64,000 nt of DNA from Candidatus Thorarchaeota archaeon (GTDB lineage: Archaea; Asgardarchaeota; Thorarchaeia; Thorarchaeales; Thorarchaeaceae). A program made the translations under genes and the position numbers. The stretch lies in assembly GCA_003345545.1 (NCBI GenBank), contig PRDH01000026.1, forward strand, positions 32,001 to 96,000. The letters run 5' to 3'. Numbering within the stretch: position 1 is the stretch's first letter; each line of letters starts with the position of its first letter. The notes below the pieces were generated by a model. The model worked only from the letters and a program-made list of their open reading frames with translations. It was not told the DNA's origin and searched no databases. This document shows positions 31,801 to 42,000 of the stretch, one piece after another.

Positions 31801-32381
31801 CCATTTACTCCCGAATCCTCAAGGGCGGCTTTCAAGAGTCCCTTCTAAGTTCGTTCATAACTGCGCTGTCACAATTCAGAGCGGAGTTCTCGTGGGATGA
31901 ACCAAGATGGACAGCGATACCCATTACAGAAGTAATTACCGCTGTTCAGACCGAGGTCCTCATCTGTGCCATGATAAGCGTCGAACCTGCTACGCCAAGG
32001 CAGAAGAATCAGTTGGAGCTTTTTGGCAGAGATATCGGAGAGCGCTATGATTTAGAGAATGGAGCTGTGCGGCAGCTAGTGAATAGTCCCGACCTAGACG
32101 ATACCATCGATCCTATCTTTGATAGTCACTTTGATGGAGCTCTCATGAATCGGTATGTCGGAGTCAGGGACGACCTTCCTGAGCATCTGAGTTTCGTGAA
32201 GGAAACCATGGCATCAATGGACCTCACAGATGGTGCTACGCCTGAATTCATTGTCAAATCGATGACACTATTGGGCCATAGTGATAGAAAGTCACACAGC
32301 ACAGTCCTGAATGCACTCGATGGAGGTTACCTGATCGCCGCTGAGAAGGTATTTCCTTCGAAGACAGAGCCAGAGCACTAG
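28881..32381 (+). CDS. Large single-pass surface protein with LamG-like domain and cytoplasmic longin/roadblock-like domain
   Basis: Signal peptide; LamG signatures GTLSLWLK, WYFIAITWD, GHVDEFRYYS, LVHYYQFE; TM near 31610-31680; tail ILVIHRSIGLPIYSR...ESLLSSFITALSQF. Confidence 0.8.
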   Translation: MKRNIILVFPLMCIVLILIPSIYDLPQNARMLEGLDYRQNGNLPVENYAVVDRQTGVFDPVVVEHIGSSAWASTYTSARTDVSPSPGSAVFMPAGPTGNQYSSDCVAGHFLVGSGGSTDFGSSEGTLSLWLKWDLTAPNGRFWGQHANFETRWTTNRLTLDWGSDNTLFGTKSNWSIDHWYFIAITWDQTINSLVAYWGDEETEPIEDASLSWTGSVSDLLTQNNIMSSRGSASYRVDGHVDEFRYYSVERSLDELRIDYRTTLTGSELGLVHYYQFENDLADSASDTALVQAGSHVFSQDVASGIGGWRAEQIEIGIRDLELLSVLNGSLESGVPGTVVDWSGDASCYPYGWRARREILDTHGYQRVSYSNSDPKYLVLENEGYEDSAAPSTHRHYNGTKIYWYQIVNNSKHNTQFQFSMNYLYQRGPIGENHSGNFKFSFQIMNGSSTLWNWSVDPTNITQRGIWNEIDSVVVNLPEVLSTFEVRVCFAVDTNSSYVEISDSDPDLDGDPANGRYITFLVDDISLTVLENLSPQNVNLHVNVELVGDNPILGDSESGTISLNHTYWEKAAIPFTFTSNASVSFEYSVCVSRMTKFYNSSFSTNLSDLGVAYEIDLNQDADLFIFTYIQSYSEARDLGLIVHYRDDWRSPTVEDPFGNDLTAQALVESDRLEIPSGLASVVGWWKINLKAPNYLASMSTQVLRSSESTWKTEAVFRSGDQIRCNALIGTESELTSPIFDVKADWYLPTGALWSSETIAESNSSSIVSNGTTLGPYNATIGEWMVSVSWFNGTEVAFGSITFEVHHRLTIFAQTPSIDVAPGEQFTATISLYDQDNGNPILGDARVVGNWSSLDIQFNPNLARSWWEADFNSSVVGTGSFVLLVSVSMPYYVANNCTINVNIPVAESLFMITVRATLVGALAVFALFLVTAISRRIYVQTMTRRNLELLALRGRFEDARNLIGILVIHRSIGLPIYSRILKGGFQESLLSSFITALSQFRAEFSWDEPRWTAIPITEVITAVQTEVLICAMISVEPATPRQKNQLELFGRDIGERYDLENGAVRQLVNSPDLDDTIDPIFDSHFDGALMNRYVGVRDDLPEHLSFVKETMASMDLTDGATPEFIVKSMTLLGHSDRKSHSTVLNALDGGYLIAAEKVFPSKTEPEH

Positions 32382-32455
32382 TACCATCCCAATTCTGTCT
32401 TCATGGGCTTCATTTATCAGGAGTGATGATGCATTCTTTCTAGGTCGTCCTTCAG

Positions 32456-33577
32456 ATGGAAGAGATAACGATTAGATATTGGAGCCCGCACGGACGCCAA
32501 GAGGAAACGAAGTTCCACAGAGAGCACTCGAAGATTGATTTGATCATGCGGGCAGCAAAACGGATTGACCTCTCTGATGTCAGAATGTGCACCAGTCTTC
32601 AGACTCTAGATCTATCGCATAACATGCTGGAGGAGCTTGACCTCACACCTCTGACTGGTTGCTCATTGCTCAAACAGCTCCGCATTCGGAGCAATCATCT
32701 CACAAGACTAGATCTATGGCCTCTTCTTGATTGCATGAGTCTGAGCGAAATCGACATCTCGGAAAATCGTCTTCAGAATCTGGACCTCTCTCCAGTCTTT
32801 CTGCGGTCTTCTGTCCGTGCGGACTCTTCTGTTGTCCTGTCAGCTGACGCTCTCCTCCACTATGTCTTCACTCAGGATGAACTAAACAGACGTTTTCAAC
32901 TGGTCAGAGGCGATGGTGCTCCTTGGACAGCACACCCAGTAATTATCTGGATGGAATACGCAGACCTCGCACACAGGATAGAGTGGAATAGTATCAAGAA
33001 ACGCATCGATTCACTACTGTGCATGATGACAGAAGATAACTGGTTTGGCGTTCAGCGTGGATTGCTTAGTGGGTTAGGGATGGAGGAGCTTGCTGGATTT
33101 GACGGCAATCCTAAGCAACTGCTGAAAGGTACAGATGGTAACATGTCTTTCAAGGACGCTCGTCGTGTTGTTTTTGACAATGCTATTGAACTACTTGAAG
33201 AACAACTGGAGAACGGAGGACCCACACTCTTCCTTGATACAGACAGGATGCGAGAAACAAGGGCATCGAAACTGATACCCGGAATTGCCGAGAGAAGAAA
33301 GCAAGAAGTCGAGGAAGTCATCTTGCCTGTGAAGGGCAGCAAGGTGAACTTGGAGACTCTATGGATGACTCATTACGGATTTGAGATTCTCAAGGCTCTT
33401 AGATTAGACTTGACAACAAATCTAGAAGGTCTTCATATAGTAAGAACAAGCTTTGAGGAACTTGGCATGGAGATACAGACACAGAAGGCTTCGACTGTAT
33501 CTCCTGCATACCCCGTCACGGTATCGAGAAGCATGTATCTTCATTCATTGAACTACATCCAAGGCAAATACGATTAG
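32456..33577 (+). CDS. Leucine-rich repeat protein
   Basis: About 3.5 LRRs: LQTLDLSHNMLEELDL, LKQLRIRSNHLTRLDL, LSEIDISENRLQNLDL. Confidence 0.85.
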   Translation: MEEITIRYWSPHGRQEETKFHREHSKIDLIMRAAKRIDLSDVRMCTSLQTLDLSHNMLEELDLTPLTGCSLLKQLRIRSNHLTRLDLWPLLDCMSLSEIDISENRLQNLDLSPVFLRSSVRADSSVVLSADALLHYVFTQDELNRRFQLVRGDGAPWTAHPVIIWMEYADLAHRIEWNSIKKRIDSLLCMMTEDNWFGVQRGLLSGLGMEELAGFDGNPKQLLKGTDGNMSFKDARRVVFDNAIELLEEQLENGGPTLFLDTDRMRETRASKLIPGIAERRKQEVEEVILPVKGSKVNLETLWMTHYGFEILKALRLDLTTNLEGLHIVRTSFEELGMEIQTQKASTVSPAYPVTVSRSMYLHSLNYIQGKYD

Positions 33578-33660
33578 GGCGTAGTTGGATGATTACCTGC
33601 TTCAATAGGTTAAATTACATGTTGGAATTCAGCGCAACGCCGAAGGATGTGTTCGTCTGA

Positions 33661-34257
33661 TTGACGGGATACAGGAAGTACTTTGACGAGCCCATAATAA
33701 GAGCGAGAATAAGTGGACTCAGATTTCCGAAGATATGCCCGGTCTGTTGCGCCCCATCCACTTCAATAAGCACAATATCTGCAACGCCTCAGAATAGACA
33801 GTGGTTGCGCCCGCATTGGAATCCTGCTTTCTATACCAGAGAGAGAAGACGAATTGGATTGCCAAATCCCAGAACGATAAGCTTTCTAGTACGTGTATGC
33901 GAAGAACACCATATTGCAGATGACGGCAACGGGAGAATGCGCTGTCTTGCGATGCTATTTGCTGCTTTCCTGTCAGGATTGTCAATATTCGCCCTTATCT
34001 TCGTAAGTTATGATTTGTCGTCGGGAAGAGGGATTCATCCTATCGCGATAGCATACGTGGTAGGACTTACCTTGTCTCTTGTCTTCGGTTATGTTGCGTT
34101 CAGACCTAACACACTAGAGGCATCAGTAGGAATCATCGGTTTTGACCCTGATTTTCAACACGTGTGGTTCGAGTTGAAGAATGCAGAGTATAGGAAGCAA
34201 TTCATCATGGAGAACCAGACTATTTCTGAATTCGTAAACTGGGTCGAGATGGCATGA
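33661..34257 (+). CDS. Hypothetical 2-TM protein with putative Zn site
   Basis: FPKICPVC...VCEEH followed by two hydrophobic helices. Confidence 0.7.
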   Translation: MTGYRKYFDEPIIRARISGLRFPKICPVCCAPSTSISTISATPQNRQWLRPHWNPAFYTRERRRIGLPNPRTISFLVRVCEEHHIADDGNGRMRCLAMLFAAFLSGLSIFALIFVSYDLSSGRGIHPIAIAYVVGLTLSLVFGYVAFRPNTLEASVGIIGFDPDFQHVWFELKNAEYRKQFIMENQTISEFVNWVEMA

Positions 34258-35695
34258 TTTGCCCGCGCCGACTATCACTCACTTCATAGTACTTGCAGAC
34301 CCGCGCCAAGGCTCTGATTGCTTCGTACATATTGTGAAACACAGGAAGGCCTTCTTTGACAAATGAGGCCCAAGCATCACTTCGTGCCTTTTGATAGGCA
34401 ACTTCTGGAACCACAACAAGCACTGGCTTATTGACATCTTCTACGGCTTGTCTTCCTGCCTTTGCGACCGTCCTCCAATAGTCGACTAGTACATCTTGGG
34501 CTCCCATTATTGTTGCGACCTGGTACATGTTATAGACATCTGCCTCAAAGATGAACGAAGAGAATCCTGTGTCTTCCGCAATAGTACGAATGACTTCTGT
34601 CGTAGTCTGATCTTGATAATAATCCGCAGCCATGTCGATAGGATTGGCCAATCCTGTCCCCACATCACGCATGAGTTTTCTAAGACGTGCCATTGTTTCA
34701 GGCGTTGTTTGAGGAACTTGCAGACCATTCTCAATACAGAGATCTGTGTATACGACGCTAGTCCCTCCACTTATAGCAACGATTCCGACATCTCTTGTCT
34801 TTGGTCTGGGGCTCAGTGAGAATATGCTCAAAGTGGCCACCAAGTCTTCAATCGTTTCCGCAGTCTGAACATTCGCTTGTTGAAAAGTAGCCTTCCAGAT
34901 CTCCTGGTTCCCTGCAAGCGCCCCAGTATGAGATGATGCCGCTCGTGACCCTGCACCAGTTCGCCCTCCTTTGAGAACCACAACTGGCTTCGCCTTGGCT
35001 GCATCGATGAGCGAGTTCAGGACCTGTCGTCCGTTTTTCGCTCCTTCGATGTAGGCTCCGATGACCTTCGTTTTTGCATCGTCTCTTAGGTAGTCCAAAA
35101 GTTCCTGTGGTGATATGTCGACTTCGTTTCCATAGCTGAAGACTTTGCTGAAGCCGACCCCTGCCTCAACCCCTGAGGTATATGACGTCATTGATACTCC
35201 ACCTGACTGAGAGAGAAATCCCACATTCCCTGAGAGCCGTTTCAGAGTTGGCATAAACGCAAAGCCAATCTCAGGGTACATGAGTCCCATGCAATTTGGT
35301 CCAAAGGCTCTCATTCCTAATTCATCTAGGATGAATCGAATTTCGTGCTCTCTCTGCCTGCCCTCTTCAGTTCCGAGCTCTGAGAATCCACTTGAAAAAA
35401 TAGTGACTGCTTTTGCTCCCTTCTCATAGCATTCCCTCAGAACTTGAGGAACATACTTGTACGGTACTGCAATGATGGCATAGTCAATTCTCTCGGGGAC
35501 CTCTGAGAGACTCTTGTATATCTTGTGACCGAGTATTTCTCCCTCTCTTCTAGAAACTAGCCACACTCTGAGATCATGCTCCCATTGTAGCATTGAATGT
35601 ACCCAGTAGTACCCGAGCGTTTCAGAGACTCCCACAATGGCTACAGACCGAATATCAAGAATCTCCTTGATTGTGGGTCTCATCATGGCTGTCAT
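34220..35695 (-). CDS. ADP-forming acyl/acetate--CoA ligase, alpha subunit
   Basis: SVAIVGVS, FSSGFSE, FGPNCMG, FLSQSGG, YGNEVD, LKGGRT, AASSHTGALAG (phospho-His), NPIDM. Start placed at ATG 35695. Confidence 0.88.
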   Translation of the reverse strand: MTAMMRPTIKEILDIRSVAIVGVSETLGYYWVHSMLQWEHDLRVWLVSRREGEILGHKIYKSLSEVPERIDYAIIAVPYKYVPQVLRECYEKGAKAVTIFSSGFSELGTEEGRQREHEIRFILDELGMRAFGPNCMGLMYPEIGFAFMPTLKRLSGNVGFLSQSGGVSMTSYTSGVEAGVGFSKVFSYGNEVDISPQELLDYLRDDAKTKVIGAYIEGAKNGRQVLNSLIDAAKAKPVVVLKGGRTGAGSRAASSHTGALAGNQEIWKATFQQANVQTAETIEDLVATLSIFSLSPRPKTRDVGIVAISGGTSVVYTDLCIENGLQVPQTTPETMARLRKLMRDVGTGLANPIDMAADYYQDQTTTEVIRTIAEDTGFSSFIFEADVYNMYQVATIMGAQDVLVDYWRTVAKAGRQAVEDVNKPVLVVVPEVAYQKARSDAWASFVKEGLPVFHNMYEAIRALARVCKYYEVSDSRRGQIMPSRPSLRIQK

Positions 35696-36044
35696 GTGGC
35701 TGGCTCCAGTTGAAGCCACGAACTCTGCCGGTGATTTAAACTAACTGATACTAGAAAAAAAAAGTCGTGATTGCAGCGACTGATTCCTTGAGGCCATTTG
35801 TTCGTAAACCTAACAATGCTGATTGCCATGTTGTCCAAGAAGAAGAACCACCCGCGATCTAAGGATGCGCCCTTGGGATGGATTCACAGAAATCCTGAAT
35901 TCATGAGCACTACTCCTCATTGCGATTTTTCGAACGGTTGTGAATTATATGGAATCACCATCTATTCATATACTAGTAATGACAAGATTGGCAAGTCAGA
36001 CGTACTGTCGTGAACATAGCTATGGCCATTGAGGAGATTAGCCA

Positions 36045-39000
36045 ATGAGAACTAAGAGAACTGTGGGACTAATTCTAGTAATTCTTCCTCTGATTCTGGG
36101 TATTATGATCTTGCCTCCTGGTTGGGCAATCGACTCAAAGCGTGGGTTAGATAGCGAGACTGTCGTCTTAGACAATGGCCAAAAGATTGTGGTAGCGCCC
36201 GATGAGGTGCTCATGAAGTACATCATCTCGGATTTGCCGACCTCAATGGCTGGAACAGGTGACCCATTGATTGCTTCAGAGTATGGAACGAGAATCGACT
36301 CGTTCATAGAACAGCGCATGGTCTATTATCCATCAGGAAGTATCACGACTGCTAACCTCTCGGTGCCCCTAGGCGAGCAGTGGGAAGGATATGGTGTCTA
36401 TGGAGACATCAGTAGTATAACAGAAAACCGTAGTTGGCTGGTCAATCAGGGCTTCAGCACAGATGCAACTTGGTCCTTCGAAACTCGATACGAGGAAGGG
36501 GATTTCAGTGGCAATAACAGAATGCATTACTTCACTCAAACAGGCACTAACGTAGGCACGTGGGGAACCAGAGGTACGGGAACGAGCCAATTCATTGATC
36601 CTTGGGGCGTCGCAATTGACTCCTCTGGCAACATCTACGTAGCTGATGCCTTCAACAACCGCATACAAGTCTTTACGAACACTGGCAGTTTCATTAGACA
36701 GTGGGGAAGCTATGGCATTGGAAATGGGCAATTCGACCGCCCCACAGGAGTTGCTGTCAACACCACAGGCTATGTATATGTTGTTGACCAAGGCAATGAT
36801 AGGGTGCAGGTGTTCAGTTCTACAGGTGTCTATCAGCGGCAATTCGGTACCTCGGGGATTGACAACGGTGAGTTCAGAAGTCCAACTGGTATAGCAATAC
36901 GCAACTCACTCGGATATGTATATGTGACAGACACAGGCAATGACCGTGTGCAGTACTTCAATTGGAATGGTGTACGACAAGGTGGTTGGGGCTCCACAGG
37001 GACAGGTAACAGCCAATTTCAGATGCCAACAGGAATCGCCGTCGACCAGGGCACTGGGCAGGTAGCTATCGCTGACAGTACCAACAATCGCGTTCAGAGG
37101 TTTACAGCTGCTGGAACATACTCTGGCCAGTTTGGCAGTCTTGGTGGCGGAAACACGAACTTTAGGACACCTATGGGAGTTGCCATCAACTCCACGACAG
37201 GTCGTATTTATGTGAATGACCTCGGCAATCACAGGATTTCTTACTTCTCCAACGCAGGTGCATATCAGGGACAATGGGGAACTGACGGAACAGGCACATC
37301 GAACCTACGCTTCAACTACGGTATCGCTGTAAGCCCGACGGGTAATGTGTACGTGAGTGAAGGCAGTGGTACTGAGAGGATGGATGCAAACTGGCTTTCA
37401 AACGGCCACGGAACGGGTAATCCATCTTCCATCTTTCAGATTGATGGCTACTGGCATGATGACCAGACTACGGATCTCTACGGATTCTGGTACAATCCTG
37501 GTGACAAAGCTTTTGCAAGACAGGACCTCGTAATCGAACGGGGCGAAGTGACGTGGGCTGGCATCTCCCTCGATTACTATGCAGACTGTCGCGGTTGGGG
37601 AACCTATATGACCGGGTTCTTTGAGCTCTTTGTATCGGTAGGCGATCCGGACCATGGTGGAAGCTACCTTTGGTCCAAGCAGTTTGACGATATTAATGAT
37701 GATAATATCTGGTACTCAACCGGACTTATCCCAATTGACTATTCTGACCTATCTCTGCCGAATGTAGAGATACTCGCAGGACTGAGAGTGACTGATAGCG
37801 AGTGGTATCGAGCAAGCGATATCCGACCTGAAGGCAGACTAGACAATATGGTCCTGTATATCAAAGCTAAGGCAACTCCTGATAACATTAATCTCCAGAT
37901 GAATGGAGTGGATGTCGATAATGTCTATAGTGGACCCACGCCAGTCTTTGGTCTCGGGACTGCTAGCTACGCGCCCTCGTTTCCATGGACATACGGCAAC
38001 GCCTATGCTAATTTCTCCTGGACCCCTGATGATAATCCCCCTGACCCGAATCTTGAGATATCCGTCTATATCGACGTTGATGTCAAGGTCTATGCACGTA
38101 GGTACAATGCAGTAACAGTCAATGACACTGAGCTTTTCAGCTATGGTGACAACTATGTCGTGCAGAACAGCACTACTGTCGAATGGACAACTAATCACTA
38201 CGTCGCGGTACCAGGAGGATACGAAGACGAGTTCTTCTACAATGTTTCCATACCACTGAATCGTGATATCACGTTCGTATCAGAACCCACGCAGCGATAT
38301 AGCAATCTTACGAATAGTTGGTATCTGGGCGACCCCGGTGATGGAGCTGTTAATATCTCAGTTTATGAGCTCGGACTCTCTGAACCTAACGGATTCTGGA
38401 TGATTCGCGGCGTTTCACCCAATATGGTGACGAATCTGCACGTGTGGGACAATGTGCTTGGTCAATGGGTTCAGACGAAGACCTTTAGGGCGGATGAGAA
38501 CACGAGATTCCGTGCTGTTCTGCCATCTGCGTACCAAGGTGACCTTGTCACTTTCACAATATATGACTCCCATGGAGAAGTCTGGGATACACTCACAGCT
38601 ACAGTGGACGTATCTGGCTACGCAATCAGCAATTATGTGAATCTTGATGCTGTCAGTGCACGAGTCGGTTCCTGGGAGGTACAAGCTTTTGTAGACGATC
38701 ATGATTCGGGCATCGAGGTGCACAATATTGGTTTCTTCCGTCGAGGTTTCTCTATTGACCATTCTACTCAATTATCAGTGAAGTACCCTGTCGAGGGCAG
38801 ACTGACCTGGGCTGTGAATGTGACCTATGGGGCTCTTGTCTTTCTCCAAATCCGTGTGAATGACAGCGATAATGGTGACCTGCTGGCCGCGGGCGTGATG
38901 TTATATTCTGGAGGATTTGGCAGTGGGACGGTCAGCGACCTTGGCACTGGTGAGTACAGTGTGACCCTGAATACCAACCTGCTGCCTTCAAATGGTGTCT

Positions 39001-42000
39001 ATGAAGTTGACCTAAGTTGGACCAAAGCCAACTACGATTCTCTCTTCGATACTTTTACAGTCTATGTCGTCTATGAAACAGAACTGCTATCTTCTGACGC
39101 ACCTGGTATAGATGTTGCAAGTGGAAACACTGCTGAGCTCCATGTCTACTTCCAGGACATGTTTACCAATCCAGTAGTTGGTGCTGCGGTTGTATGTAAT
39201 TGGACGCAAGGCTACACTGTGACACCAGATGGCTCCGGTAACTATCTATTGAGGCTGGATACGACAGGTGTGACTCTGAATCTTTATCGTGTTTCAATTA
39301 CCGCCTCAAAGAACTACTACCAATCTCGTTCCATCATTTTGAGTGTTGAAGTGCGCGAACTGCATACCTCTGCCATTCCATCAACAAGCTTCTTGTCGCT
39401 CCCTGTTGGCTATACAACCTCATTCACTATCACTTACAGAGATACTGATCTTCAGGTTCCAATTACTGGCGCGGCAAACACAATAAGCTGCAACTGGTCG
39501 GCTATTCATTCTGCTGGCGACCAGAACTACACTGTCACAGGAACTGCAACCCCGGGAGTCTATCAAGTATTGATCTACTCTATGGACGACGACGCACTAG
39601 ATTCCTATGATCTACTTTTCAGAGTTGAGCGATATGGTGCGCAGAATCACACATTCTTCGTGACAGTGGAACTGAGAACACATCTGACCTCGCTCTACCT
39701 TGACAACTCAGTCGAGCCCACACCCTACACTGGCAATATCACAGTCAATCTTGTCTATTACGATGTTGATGCGAACACGGGGATAGTCAATGGAACGACC
39801 TTGGGAGGCTATGTGGAGCTGATTATTACGAGCTCGACACTGCCCTATCCGACGTTCTGGATTGCCGGCATAAGTCCTGATGGACTCTATGCCATTCATA
39901 TTCCTGCAAATCAGTGGCCGGATGTTGGACAGATTACTCTTAGTTTCGAGGTCAACTGGATTGGTGTGAATCTCAAATACTCTAATTTGACCCTTTCAAC
40001 GAGTGCTCTGATAACAGCCGCTCCTACTGATCTCTTTATCGGAGAGAGCCCTGTCATAACGCCCTATGGAGAAGAAATCTCATTCAGCATCATCTATTTT
40101 GACATAGGGGCTGACACAGGAGTAGTCAATGCCACAGGACCGTACTCTGGAAATGTTCACCTGTTCATTGAAGTGCTGACCATTGGTGAAACACTCACAC
40201 AGTACGATATGACCATCCTTGAGATTGACTACACTGCGCGCCCCGGTGAGTATCGAATCACATTCGATTCATCGCTCTTGAGCGGGCTCGGGGCAGTCGA
40301 ACTCAAGATTTGGCTGAACTGGACGTATGCGGAGTTGCCATACTATCAGAATCAGGTCATTGTGGTCACAGTCTACTCTGCACACCGATTGACAACCGTT
40401 GACTGGACTCCACTTCCTCTCACACCGTACGATGAGCTTGTCAACCTCACCTTTACTTTCACAGACTCGCTCAGCGGGGCTCCCATCTCGAACAGTCCCC
40501 AACTTTCAATTGCTGTCCCTGCCTATCCGTCATTCAATATCTACTATCTCGGTGATATCACAGGCGTATTCATTGTTGAGATTGATACATCTCTGCTTAG
40601 CATTGGAAGTCAGACATTCTATCTCGATGTCATATGGACGGGAAGCCCCTACTACCAGAATAGGACAGGTGTCCAGATCTTCATATCAGTTAGAGAGAGA
40701 TACACGGACCTTACCCATGGGACCTACTCACCAATTCAGATAGGCAACACATTGCACCTCAACTTCACATATCGCGATCTCGATGACTATACATCGTTAG
40801 GAATGAATGGAGCTACACTTCTTCTTGATAGCTGGTTGGCCGGAAGCTACACAGTAGATGATCTTGGTAATGGAATGTACACACTGCACCTTGATACGAC
40901 TGCCTTCAGCACGATTGGAACAAAGATTGTGAACGTAACAATACTCTATGGAGGAAGTCGCAATTGTGCTGATGCCTATGACATATTCTATCTCACTCTT
41001 ACCATAAGGCGAACCCAGCTGACAAGCGACCTCCCTGATCTGGCGCCTTACCTAACCGAAGCTGTGATTGTCATCCATTACACGGATGATACAACAGATA
41101 CTGGTATCGTCGGGGCGACTGCGACAGCTGCTTGTGCTGCGGCAATTCAGACCCTGCAATTGAATGTCAACTACTGGGTTGACGACAACCTCGATGGAAG
41201 CTATAGTGTACGAATTCTTACCACTGCTCTAGGCAACTTCGGACCATATACAATCACCATCACAGTCACCTGGGACCTAGGCTGGCCATTCTATCAAGAG
41301 AGAGTCCGTGATGTGGACATTGAGGTTTCAAGGCGTCCCGCAACCGTCACAGTTTCCAAATCTCCTCTAAATACACCGTTTCTATCGAATGTGACATTCG
41401 AGATAGTTGTCACTGACCAACTTGATAGTACTGGAATCACTCTGAGCAAATCGAACCTGATTCTAACGCACGGAATAGGAGGCACCTTGATTAGTAATGA
41501 TCAGTATTCCATGGCTGGTTCAAATGGCATATACGTCATCTCCATCAATTCACTAGTTCTATCATCCGATCTCGAGGAAGACTATCCAATATTCATCTTA
41601 TTTGTCTGGGGTGACCTTACTCCGTACTATGCAAATGCATCATCCTCTACAGAAGTGTCCATTGTTGCACGATTCACTCAGGTCGCAGTGCTACAGACCC
41701 CGCCGGGCTATTACTACTTCAATGTCAGTGCTCTATTGCGTTTCAGCGACTACCTAACTGGTGCTCCAATTGCCGGCGCCACTGTCAGCGTGGCTTGCAC
41801 AAATACATCGAGTTTCGACTATTGGGTCGTCGACAATTCTGATGGTACCTACACAATACTAGTGGATTCGAACAGCCTAGCGGGTCTCGGCAGGTACTTC
41901 TTCCAAGCCAATTTCACATGGTCTGGCAGTCCGTTCTATCGCGACGTTATCGGCGTGAAATTCAGCATATCCGTAAATCCAGTATCTACAACCTTGAATT

